Positions 1 through 9,345 of a stretch of DNA of 64,000 nucleotides are shown one piece after another. The notes under the pieces are model-generated. The model saw only the letters and a program-made list of their open reading frames with translations. It made no database searches and was not told the DNA's origin. Both the position numbers and the translations under genes were made by a program. The stretch is from a virus, in the IMG/VR virus record IMGVR_UViG_3300010883_000001, positions 32,001-96,000 of that record; one strand, written 5' to 3'. Position 1 is the first letter of the stretch. Each line of letters opens with the position of its first letter.

Positions 1-999
1 ATCTTACCCTTAATATCGATCATGCGAACAGATATAAATCAAGAAGTTTCTAATGGGATGGGCCCAGGTCAGACAGCACCATTCATTTTAAAAAGAAGAA
101 TTCATAAAGATACTGCTGATTATAAGAAGCTTATAGGAGAAATGGGATTTAAGAACTCAGATGATATCGCCGGTTCAAAAAGTTTAGATGGATCCCAACC
201 AACACAAAAGTCAGGAAGATTAGCATCAAGAAGATCGCTGGGGGGACTCGATAATCTTCGTAGATCTGGTGCAGTATTGACAAAGAATGTGGGTCCAACA
301 ATTTATGAAATAATACAAATGCCACCGGTTAAATTTTATCAAGCAACATATGAAATTCATTTTTGGGCACAATACACTCAACAAATGAACAACATGTTGT
401 CTGCACTTATGAGTATGTATTTGAGTAATCATAAAAGAACATTCAAACTTGAGACTAAAAAAGGATATTGGTTCGTAGGCTTTGTTGATGAAGCTTTTTC
501 ATCTGGAAATAATTCTGATGATTTTACTGATGATGAGAGAATTGTTAGGTATACGTTCACTATGAGGGTTAATGGATACCTGATTAATCCAGAATATCCC
601 GGTGCACCTCCTCCTTTGAGAAGGTTTTATTCTGCACCAAATATTAGTTTTGATGCATCAAGTGGATCAGAAATTGTCAATCTGCCGACAGGCAACGTAC
701 TTAAAAATGATCCGGATGCTTTTATTCTTGCGGATTTGGATCTTGAAACAGATGAAGGGCAGAAACAAGCTGTTGCATCTTGGGGTCCAAATGATCCAAG
801 AGTACCCGGTAAGGATAGTACGGTTGCAAATGTTGGTGGTTTTTCCAATGTCAGTACGACACCATATATGATCTTAAAAATTGATCCATTTACGGGTGAG
901 AAAAAGACTAGCATATTGCGAGTAAAACATAGAAATCAGAGAACGGGTGAGACGGTATTATCTGCCGGTATCACGGACGATCTGATTAAATTGATATAG
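1..999 (+). CDS. Tail completion/tail-terminator-like protein (5'-truncated)
   Basis: Frame is open from base 1 (ILPLISIMRT...), so it begins upstream of the window. Contains P..F...YEIHFWAQY..QMN and ERIVRYTF.MRVNGYL segments. Lies directly upstream of the sheath genes. Confidence 0.55.
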   Translation: MLPLISIMRTDINQEVSNGMGPGQTAPFILKRRIHKDTADYKKLIGEMGFKNSDDIAGSKSLDGSQPTQKSGRLASRRSLGGLDNLRRSGAVLTKNVGPTIYEIIQMPPVKFYQATYEIHFWAQYTQQMNNMLSALMSMYLSNHKRTFKLETKKGYWFVGFVDEAFSSGNNSDDFTDDERIVRYTFTMRVNGYLINPEYPGAPPPLRRFYSAPNISFDASSGSEIVNLPTGNVLKNDPDAFILADLDLETDEGQKQAVASWGPNDPRVPGKDSTVANVGGFSNVSTTPYMILKIDPFTGEKKTSILRVKHRNQRTGETVLSAGITDDLIKLI

Positions 1000-1081
1000 A
1001 GAATCTGTAGTTTTGGTTTCTTGATCAATAATTACAGAATGACTTACAAAAGAATGATTCGTGTCTAAGGAGATTCATTAA

Positions 1082-4000
1082 ATGGCTGAGCAAACTTTTC
1101 GTTCACCTGGGTTTTTCGAGCAAGAAATTGATCTTTCATCGAAAAGAGCTGCTGCTTTGGGAACACCCGCTGGTGTAATAGGTACTTCGCAAAAGGGACC
1201 GGCATTTGTCCCTGTTGAGGTTGGGACTTTTGTCGATTTTACACAAAGATTTGGGAGCCTTGATCCTAACATGTTTGGACCTTATGCTGTTAGAGAATTC
1301 TTAAAGCATAGGCAATCCCTTACATTTCTTAGGGTCTTGGGCGCGGGTGATAATGAGACAATTACAGATATATCTACGACTGAGACTGCTGGGACTGTTA
1401 AGAGTGCTGGATTTAAGGTCGCATCGACCGTCGTTGATGCCGCTGCAATAGAAAAACATCAGGGTGCAGTCCAGTTTCTTGTGGGTAGGCATAAGCTTAG
1501 GGGCCATGAGTCAGTGGGCTTTCCAATGTTTTCAGATAACGTTAGTACACCGCTTGGGACAAACCGACTAGCAGGGTCTGCATCATTCGGAGGATTATCA
1601 TCTGAGACAGTAAACCTGGTTAGGGCCGTAATATTAATGGCATCTGGCACTAGAGCAGGGATTGTTTCAGGTTCTGTTACAGATAGTATAAGTAAGACAG
1701 CAGGTGATACTGGGTTTATCCAGAGTTCTGGTGACATGAAGGGTCGCTTTGGTTTATTCTTAAGCTCGACCGCAGGTCACAGTTATGGGTCGGCAGAGGG
1801 TATAAGTGGTGTTAGGGTATATACGGCCAGCTTAGATCCTAGAGACCAATATTACATATCAAAGATTTTAAATACAGACACTAGGGCCTTCGCGGAAGAA
1901 GAGCATTTACTCTATCTAGATCTCGCGGTTGAGGATGAATTAGCCGCAGTACCAGAGGGTGAGCATGTAGGTCACATAGCGATGTTGTCGGGCTCTGCTT
2001 CAACTTCATCAACCTCTGGGGCTAATACAACAGTATTTAGGGATTTATTTGGGAGATTTGATACTAGATATACGACACCTAGGACCCCATCAATTCTATC
2101 ACAACCATATGGCAGAACTGAGCATGCATTATTCTATTTCGAGACTATATCGGACGGCGAGGCTGATAATTCAAATTTTAAGATATCAATTGCTAATTTG
2201 AGAAAGAGTACAGATCCAAAAGATGAATATGGGACATTTGAGGTTCAGGTTAGAAAATATAGTGATAATGATTTAGCACCAGATATTTTAGAGAGATATT
2301 CTGAATGTAGCCTTAATCCTTTTAGCGAAAATTATATTGCTAGAAAGATTGGTGATAAGAAGGTTAAATATAATTTCGACGCGACCGATGAGGATGAACA
2401 GAGATTAGTAATTTCCGGAAAATACCCGAATCGCTCCGGTCGAATTCGTGTTATTATGAACCCGAACGTCGACAGGGCTCTTGTTCCTGGGGACGTATTA
2501 CCTTTTGGATTTACCGGTATTCCTACATTAAAAACGTCTGAAACGCTCACCGATGTTACGACTACGGCACTAGCGGATGATAATGGAATTGCACTGGGTG
2601 CCGCCACAACAGACCGGTTAGCATTCGTAAACCTGCTGGCCAATCATGGCACCTCGGCCAACGCCGAGGCAGTACTAAATAGATTATCAGCATTGACAGG
2701 TTCTATAGTACCTCCTCTTCCATTTAGATTCAAACAGACGCGTGGCGCTGTTGCTGAGACACCAACTAGAGTTGGAGAGGTTGGAACAAACGAAAGGGTT
2801 GATAGTCGACTATATTGGGGTGTTAAGTTTGAATGTGCTCCAATGTCATCATCACATGCCCAGGGTTCAACTCCGTCAGCAGCACTAAATACTAACATTG
2901 GATCGTTAAAAAATCCTCTTGTCGCTGCTTATGGGAAATTTCAAGGCATCTTAAAGCTCGATACTCTCGTTACCGGCGCCGGCGCAGATAAGTTTAATAA
3001 CAATAAATTTACGTTGGCGCGTGTGGCATTAGATGATCAAACATTATCAAGTTTAACGTCCAGTGCTAAAGAGCATATGATCAAGGCTTCATATATCCGG
3101 AATGGCCTGTGGGATTCTGTTGACTATAGGGTAAAAGACCCTGTCTGGAATAATGCTGGAGGTTCCTTAAACAGAATAACCATGGCGTCGCTTGTGCACA
3201 CATCGGCAGTAACATTTAATAGGTTCACTGATTTTGCAAAGTTTTCGACTATGTTTTTTGGTGGATTTGATGGAGTAAATAAACTTGATGGTGATGTTGT
3301 AAACATGAACCATAAGGCCGCGGCCGTTGGAGCCGGTGGGAAGGCTGGATCAAGCTATACTGGTGGCATGGGGCTATTAGGAACAGACGATGGTACACTG
3401 ATGGGTACCGGTCGTCATAATAATTCAATTGTATCATATAGGCACGCAATTACAATAATGACAGATCCTATGGCATCTAGAATTAACATCCTCGCAATTC
3501 CAGGAATAAAGGATGAATTTGTTACTGACTTTGCTGCCCAACGAGTTAAAGATTATGGTATGGCATTATATTTGATGGATATAGAATCGTATGATGCTAG
3601 TAAAAATATATTATTTGATGATAGTACAGCAAGGATAGATGTTCAGGAAACAGTCGATCAATTTGAAGGAAGAGTTGTGGATAATAACTACACCGCGACA
3701 TATTTTCCAGATATTTTTATCGAAGATCCTGTTAATAATAGATCCGTTGAGGTACCGGCATCCGTTGCTGCTATAGGCGCACTGGGATTTAATGACAAGG
3801 TTGCATTCCCATGGTTTGCTCCTGCTGGATTTAATCGCGGCGCATTATCGGCGGTACAGAACGTGAAGACAAGACTAAATTCTGCTGATAGGGATACATT
3901 ATACGATGCTAGGATTAATCCAATAGCATCTTTTCCAAATAGTGGATACGTTATATTTGGGCAAAAATCATTGCAGATGGCTAAATCAGCATTAGACAGA

Positions 4001-4309
4001 GTTAATGTTAGAAGAATGCTTCTGGAAGTTAAGCGATTAATTGTCGGTATTTCTAACAGGCTATTATTTGAACAAAATAATGCAGAAACAAGGTCACAAT
4101 TTGTAAATCAGGTTACGCCACTGTTGGCGCTGGTTCAAGCCCAAGCGGGTATAGAACAATTCAGGGTTATTTGTGATGATTCTAATAATACGGAATCTGA
4201 TCGCGAGGCTAGTAGGATGAACGGAAAGATCGTTGTCGTTCCCACTAGGGCGGTCGAATTTATTGCTATAGATTTTATTATCACAAATAGCGGAGTTAGT
4301 TTTGAGTAA
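1082..4309 (+). CDS. Contractile tail sheath protein 1
   Basis: N-terminal FRSPGFFEQEIDLS, GVIGTSQKGPAFVP. C-terminal PWFAPAGFNRG, RINPI, GQKSLQ..SALDRVNVRR, FEQN, PTRAVEFIAIDF. SD AAGGAG upstream. Confidence 0.95.
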   Translation: MAEQTFRSPGFFEQEIDLSSKRAAALGTPAGVIGTSQKGPAFVPVEVGTFVDFTQRFGSLDPNMFGPYAVREFLKHRQSLTFLRVLGAGDNETITDISTTETAGTVKSAGFKVASTVVDAAAIEKHQGAVQFLVGRHKLRGHESVGFPMFSDNVSTPLGTNRLAGSASFGGLSSETVNLVRAVILMASGTRAGIVSGSVTDSISKTAGDTGFIQSSGDMKGRFGLFLSSTAGHSYGSAEGISGVRVYTASLDPRDQYYISKILNTDTRAFAEEEHLLYLDLAVEDELAAVPEGEHVGHIAMLSGSASTSSTSGANTTVFRDLFGRFDTRYTTPRTPSILSQPYGRTEHALFYFETISDGEADNSNFKISIANLRKSTDPKDEYGTFEVQVRKYSDNDLAPDILERYSECSLNPFSENYIARKIGDKKVKYNFDATDEDEQRLVISGKYPNRSGRIRVIMNPNVDRALVPGDVLPFGFTGIPTLKTSETLTDVTTTALADDNGIALGAATTDRLAFVNLLANHGTSANAEAVLNRLSALTGSIVPPLPFRFKQTRGAVAETPTRVGEVGTNERVDSRLYWGVKFECAPMSSSHAQGSTPSAALNTNIGSLKNPLVAAYGKFQGILKLDTLVTGAGADKFNNNKFTLARVALDDQTLSSLTSSAKEHMIKASYIRNGLWDSVDYRVKDPVWNNAGGSLNRITMASLVHTSAVTFNRFTDFAKFSTMFFGGFDGVNKLDGDVVNMNHKAAAVGAGGKAGSSYTGGMGLLGTDDGTLMGTGRHNNSIVSYRHAITIMTDPMASRINILAIPGIKDEFVTDFAAQRVKDYGMALYLMDIESYDASKNILFDDSTARIDVQETVDQFEGRVVDNNYTATYFPDIFIEDPVNNRSVEVPASVAAIGALGFNDKVAFPWFAPAGFNRGALSAVQNVKTRLNSADRDTLYDARINPIASFPNSGYVIFGQKSLQMAKSALDRVNVRRMLLEVKRLIVGISNRLLFEQNNAETRSQFVNQVTPLLALVQAQAGIEQFRVICDDSNNTESDREASRMNGKIVVVPTRAVEFIAIDFIITNSGVSFE

Positions 4310-4351
4310 TTTAATATCTATTAAATAAAGGCATAAGCTAGGAGACTACTA

Positions 4352-7300
4352 ATGGCGCGATTGGATTTTAAAAGTCCGGGAGTTAGCACGCGAGAAATTG
4401 ACCTCAGTGGACCAACCAGGGTTTTACCCCAGGGCACGCCCGCGGGAGTTATTGGGACATCGTTAAAAGGACGAGCGTTTGTACCCATAACGTTTGCAAC
4501 ATATCAAGATTTTGTCGCTGAGTTTGGCACCACGGATGGTGAGAAATTTGGTCCTCTTGCTATCAACGAGTGGATGAAGAACGCAAGGGCAGGTACATAC
4601 ACACGTGTTCTTGGAGTAGGTGATGGTAAGAAGCGCCGAACGGCGGCATCAGCTACAGGTGCCCCTGCCGGACGAGTAAATCGAGCCGGGTTTGTTGTAG
4701 GTGCACAACAGGTACAGTCAAATGGAACTGTTGGCCATAATGCTGCGACGGTTGTTCCAACAAATGCTGTACCTGGAATTACGGGAAAAACCTTCTTTCT
4801 TGCGGCATTAATGCAAGCGCAAGGGACAAGTAAAATATTTTCCGACGCTGGAATTGATGCTGCAACAGAGGCAATGCCAATAATCAGAGGCGTAATCATG
4901 GCTGCTTCGGGCATTATGCCGGCGCTATCATGTTCTTGGGCAAACGGGGCTACACTTCTTAACACGGTTATTTCAAGTCGTCCAGCAGGTAAGTTCTTTT
5001 CCTCTCATGGATCTAAGACTGCAACTACAAATGCTGGTGCATCATTTGGCACTGTTAAAACCTTAAGTGGAGATCCTACATTTACAATTCTATTAAACGG
5101 ATTAAAGAAGAGTGATTCTTACCCTAACGTTATAACATGTTCATTTGATCCAACATCACCTCAGTATATATCAAAGGTTCTTAATAAGGATCCTGAGAAA
5201 CTCGAGAAGGCCGGCTATATGTTATATACACATTATGATATATTTCCAGCTTTGGCAACCGTATCAGGTTCTAGAAAAGGCACAAACCAGACTGATTCCT
5301 ATAAGCTAAATAAACACCAGGGTCTTGCCGGCTCTAATACGCACATTGCCGCATTATTACTTTCATCATCGGTTACATCTGATAATGGTAGTGCTACAAT
5401 ACCAAATTATGAAAATTTTGAAGACAAATATAAAACTGCAAAGACACCATTTATAATATCTCAAAAGTTTGGTGTTTCAAATAAGAACTTATTTAGGATC
5501 CATGCTTTGGACGATGGTGCATCTGCAAATGATCTTTTTAAGATAACGGTAGAGAATATCCAGTCTAGTAACAATTCAAATAACAAGTATGGCCAATTTG
5601 ACTTAGTTGTGAGGGATTTTTATGATTCAGATGAAGACGCAAAAGTATTAGAGGCATTTAGAGGCTTATCACTAGATCCAGGATCCGATAGGTATCTATC
5701 CAGGATCGTAGGTGATCAAAATGTATTTTATGATTTTAATCAGGCTCCAGGTGCACAAAAGCTTAGAGTTGACGGCGTACATGCAAATGTTTCAAAATAT
5801 ATTAGGGTTGAGGTTACCCAGGACGTTGCACAGGCTCGTATTGATGAATCTGCGTTACCCGTTGGGTTTAGAGGTCATGACCACCTGGTAACATCAGGTT
5901 CATCGATAATGCAAGCAACTGGCTCCGTCTCCGCCGGTGTTACACTTGATTATGTTCGAAGAGTCGTACAACCCCCTGTACCTATGCGTGAAACAGTCGC
6001 ACAGGGTCAGGCACCTAAGAAACGTTCAAATGCAGCTCTTTGTTGGGGCGTACAATTCGAGATGAAAGACAGCATTGTAGAACCAAATAGATCACAGAAA
6101 ACAGATCCTAGTCTTGTATCTTTTACAAAGTACTTTCCAAACTTTGCAACAGCCTATCAGAACGTCCTTGCTGGTGACAATGAGGGTGTGGCTGATGTGG
6201 CCGGAACAATATTGGACGCTGACCGGTTTAACAACAACTTCTTTACATTAGAGAGGGTGCAGGTATCAACAGGGTCTGATGATAGACCAATATCAGGTAG
6301 GTGGTCCGCGGCCGAGTATCGCAGAAATGGCGTTGAGTCTGCTACGCTTACTTTAGAGGATGGAACAACCGTAAGTAAAGATAGCACCAGGTTCCTTGAT
6401 CCGGCAAAAGATTTTAATCATGCGCCATCAAAGAAATGGCTTAAGTTTAATATGTTCTTACAAGGTGGGTTTGATGGTCTCAATATTTTTGATCATGAAA
6501 AGGGTCAAATGACAAACCTAGCCGCAAAGAGAGAGATGGACGACTCCATTAATCAAGGCGGCGTTTCAGGTCCAACTGTTGCTGCATTTAGAAAAGCAAT
6601 AGATATTATGGAAGAAAAGGCTGATGTTGATATCCAGCTGTTGGCGATCCCAGGCATTAGGCACGAAGGTGTGGTAGATTACGCAATAGACTCTGTCGAG
6701 GCCAGCTTTGATGCACTATATATTCTGGACATACAGGAACGTGATGCGTCAAATAACGTAGTTACTGGTTCTTCTCAATTAATTGATGTTACAAATACGG
6801 TTTCAGACTTTGAATCAAGAAATCTAAATTCATCATTTGCCGCAGCATATTTTCCGGATGTCGTAATTACAGATCCAAGGACATTAACAAATGTAAGGTG
6901 TGCACCATCCGTCGCGGTCCTGGGTGCTTTTTCTAGAAATGATGTTGTTGCCCACCCATGGTTTGCACCGGCTGGTTTTACTAGAGGGTCATTAACCTCA
7001 GTAGAAGAGGTTCAGGTTAAGCTGAAGAAAGCAAATATGGATTCCCTTTATGAAGCGGATATTAATCCAATAACATCTTTTCCTCATGGTGGTGGTCCGG
7101 TTATCTTTGGTCAAAAGACATTGTTGGCGACCCAGAGTGCTCTGGATAGGGTAAATGTTAGAAGGTTGTTGATAGACATTCGTCGAAAGGTTAAGATAGT
7201 AGCGAATAGCGTACTATTTGAGCCAAATAGAGCTTCAACGCTAGCTAGATTCTCTTCGTTAGTAAGTCCAATACTACAACGGATCCAGGCGCAACAAGGT

Positions 7301-7456
7301 CTAGACCGATTTAAGGTACAAATTGATACATCAACAACGACGCAGGCCGATGTTGAAAATAATACAATAAGAGGAAAGATATTCCTCCAGCCTACACGGG
7401 CACTGGAATTTATTGCTCTTGATTTTGTTGTAACAAATCAAGGTGCAGAAATTTAA
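4352..7456 (+). CDS. Contractile tail sheath protein 2
   Basis: FKSPGVSTREIDLS, PWFAPAGFTRG, INPI, GQKTL...SALDRVNVRR, FEPN, PTRALEFIALDF. SD AGGAG. Confidence 0.95.
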   Translation: MARLDFKSPGVSTREIDLSGPTRVLPQGTPAGVIGTSLKGRAFVPITFATYQDFVAEFGTTDGEKFGPLAINEWMKNARAGTYTRVLGVGDGKKRRTAASATGAPAGRVNRAGFVVGAQQVQSNGTVGHNAATVVPTNAVPGITGKTFFLAALMQAQGTSKIFSDAGIDAATEAMPIIRGVIMAASGIMPALSCSWANGATLLNTVISSRPAGKFFSSHGSKTATTNAGASFGTVKTLSGDPTFTILLNGLKKSDSYPNVITCSFDPTSPQYISKVLNKDPEKLEKAGYMLYTHYDIFPALATVSGSRKGTNQTDSYKLNKHQGLAGSNTHIAALLLSSSVTSDNGSATIPNYENFEDKYKTAKTPFIISQKFGVSNKNLFRIHALDDGASANDLFKITVENIQSSNNSNNKYGQFDLVVRDFYDSDEDAKVLEAFRGLSLDPGSDRYLSRIVGDQNVFYDFNQAPGAQKLRVDGVHANVSKYIRVEVTQDVAQARIDESALPVGFRGHDHLVTSGSSIMQATGSVSAGVTLDYVRRVVQPPVPMRETVAQGQAPKKRSNAALCWGVQFEMKDSIVEPNRSQKTDPSLVSFTKYFPNFATAYQNVLAGDNEGVADVAGTILDADRFNNNFFTLERVQVSTGSDDRPISGRWSAAEYRRNGVESATLTLEDGTTVSKDSTRFLDPAKDFNHAPSKKWLKFNMFLQGGFDGLNIFDHEKGQMTNLAAKREMDDSINQGGVSGPTVAAFRKAIDIMEEKADVDIQLLAIPGIRHEGVVDYAIDSVEASFDALYILDIQERDASNNVVTGSSQLIDVTNTVSDFESRNLNSSFAAAYFPDVVITDPRTLTNVRCAPSVAVLGAFSRNDVVAHPWFAPAGFTRGSLTSVEEVQVKLKKANMDSLYEADINPITSFPHGGGPVIFGQKTLLATQSALDRVNVRRLLIDIRRKVKIVANSVLFEPNRASTLARFSSLVSPILQRIQAQQGLDRFKVQIDTSTTTQADVENNTIRGKIFLQPTRALEFIALDFVVTNQGAEI

Positions 7457-7504
7457 TTAAGCTGAATATTTAATGTGGAAAGCCACTTATTAGGAGAATA
7501 AAAA

Positions 7505-7993
7505 ATGGCAGATACTCTATCAGTCGCGAGAATGTTACCAAACAAATTTGAACCGAAACGAAAGTTTCGTTGGGTCTTTGCAATAGAGGGTATTGATGCT
7601 TTCTTGATGAAGACAGCTGCACGGCCGTCATTTACTACTACGGGCGTTGAGCTAAATTATATCAATTCAACTAGATTTATTGCAGGTAAGACAAAGTTTG
7701 ACACACTTGCCGTTACACTGCATGATCCAATAGCACCATCTGGTGCACAGCAGGTTATGGAGTGGGTACGTACTCATTTTGAATCAGTATCTGGTCGTGC
7801 AGGCTATGCTGATTTTTATAAGAGAGACTGCCAACTTAAACTTCTAGACCCAGTAGGTACAGTTGTTGAGTTGTGGGATATCAAGGGATGTTTTCTAGAG
7901 CAAGCCGGTTTTGGCGATCTAGATTATGGCTCCGAAGATCCGGCGGATATTTCTTTAACCATTAGGTTTGATAACTGCGTACTGCAGTACTAA
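7505..7993 (+). CDS. Tail tube protein (T4 gp19-like)
   Basis: 162 aa immediately after the sheaths. FEPKRKFRW, LHDPIAPSGAQQVMEW, YKRD..LKLLDPVGTVVELW.IKGCF...FGDLDY. SD AGGAG. Confidence 0.9.
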   Translation: MADTLSVARMLPNKFEPKRKFRWVFAIEGIDAFLMKTAARPSFTTTGVELNYINSTRFIAGKTKFDTLAVTLHDPIAPSGAQQVMEWVRTHFESVSGRAGYADFYKRDCQLKLLDPVGTVVELWDIKGCFLEQAGFGDLDYGSEDPADISLTIRFDNCVLQY

Positions 7994-8027
7994 TAACGAT
8001 AAGTGGCAAAAGTACATTCTCCTTTTT

Positions 8028-8061
8028 ACGGCCGGTTTTTTAGACCGGCCGTTTACTTTCT
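8028..8061 (+). terminator. Probable intrinsic terminator after tail tube
   Basis: ACGGCCGGT-TTTTTAG-ACCGGCCGT 9-bp stem followed by TTACTTTCT. Confidence 0.7.
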
Positions 8062-8153
8062 TGTGTAGCGTTTTAGTTTTAAAAATGCCTAAATTTTATA
8101 TTTAATTCAGGCAATAGAAATAACGGTCGTTAGTTTAAGTCCGGAGGTTAATT

Positions 8154-9008
8154 TTGAGTAACGATAATACTAGATCATCAAATGAAATATTCACGGCTGA
8201 TCAAGCACGTGCCATGGGGCATCAAACAAGAAACGTTTTAAAAGACGATTTCAATTTTGAGATTCCTGTTGAAACAGTTCCATTACCAAGTGCTGGTATA
8301 TGCTATAATGCTGATTCTCCCTTATTCCAGAAACAGACTGTTGAAATAAGGGCAATGACTGCAAAAGAGGAAGACATCCTAACATCTCGAGCACTTATAA
8401 AGAACGGGACGGTTATAACACAGCTTCTAAAGTCATGTCTGGTTGATAGGGACATAGATCCTGCAAAAATGTTGTCAGGTGATAGAAACGCAGTTATGAC
8501 AGCATTACGAATTACCGGTTATGGTAATGAGTATAAGACGGAGGTTGACTGTCCAGAGTGTGGCGAACGCTCAAAGCAAGAATTTAACCTATCTGAGTTG
8601 CCCATTAAACGTCTGCAGATTGATCCTGTTGTTCCAGGTGCTAACCAGTTTAACTTTGTTTTACCTGTTACAAAAAAAGACGTTGTATTTAAATTTTTAG
8701 ATGGTACAGATGAAAATGAGATTCAAAAAGTTATGGAAAGAAGAAAGAAGCAAGGCGCTGCTTCCGAGTCTTTGATAACAACAAGATTACAATATTCAAT
8801 TATTTCCGTAGCTGGTATTACTGAGAAACATAAGGTTAATCTCTTTATTAGGAGTATGCCGGCAAGAGATTCATTGGCTTTGAGAAATTATATTGATACT
8901 CATGAACCGGGTATAGAAATGGAAGCATGGATGGAATGTCCAAGCTGCTTTGAAACGACGGAGGTAAAGATGCCCTTAGGGGCATCGTTTTTTTGGCCTG
9001 ACTCCTGA
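8154..9008 (+). CDS. Tail/baseplate-hub assembly chaperone (T4 gp26-like), with CxxC motifs
   Basis: PVETVPLPS.G, MTAKEEDIL, GDRNA.M..LRITGYG, CPECG, CPSC, ends FFWP. Lies between tube and tape measure. TTG start with GGAGG SD. Confidence 0.75.
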   Translation: MSNDNTRSSNEIFTADQARAMGHQTRNVLKDDFNFEIPVETVPLPSAGICYNADSPLFQKQTVEIRAMTAKEEDILTSRALIKNGTVITQLLKSCLVDRDIDPAKMLSGDRNAVMTALRITGYGNEYKTEVDCPECGERSKQEFNLSELPIKRLQIDPVVPGANQFNFVLPVTKKDVVFKFLDGTDENEIQKVMERRKKQGAASESLITTRLQYSIISVAGITEKHKVNLFIRSMPARDSLALRNYIDTHEPGIEMEAWMECPSCFETTEVKMPLGASFFWPDS

Positions 9009-9261
9009 GGATAAGGAGATATTTCTAGAGCATATATTTTTATTGATGTACTATACTGGGTTTACCTATTGGGGTGCCTATAAGTTACCAATATGGCAAA
9101 GAATATGGTTCATAGAGAGAATTAATACAGAGTTCGAAAGAGCTAATAAAGCAAATGGCCAATCCCAGTCTAGGGCGGCTCATCATAATACACCGGATCA
9201 TAGATCAATGATGGGAAATGCTAGACCTCAGGTTCCCGCTCGGCTCAGACGATTTACTTAG
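8989..9261 (+). CDS. Frameshift-accessed extension of the tail assembly chaperone (GT-like)
   Basis: The frame of ORF 9043..9261 is open back through the T7 run at 8988-8994 (FFGLTPEDKEIFLEHIFLLMYYTGFTYW...LPIWQRIWFI). No well-spaced SD for 9043/9046. Confidence 0.65.
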   Translation, partial: FFGLTPEDKEIFLEHIFLLMYYTGFTYWGAYKLPIWQRIWFIERINTEFERANKANGQSQSRAAHHNTPDHRSMMGNARPQVPARLRRFT

Positions 9262-9345
9262 TCAAAAAAATGTTAAACGTATCTTAATGCTCAGCGCCGA
9301 ACTTAGTTAAGTGAATACTTAGGCCTGTGAACGGAGTCTTTTGAT

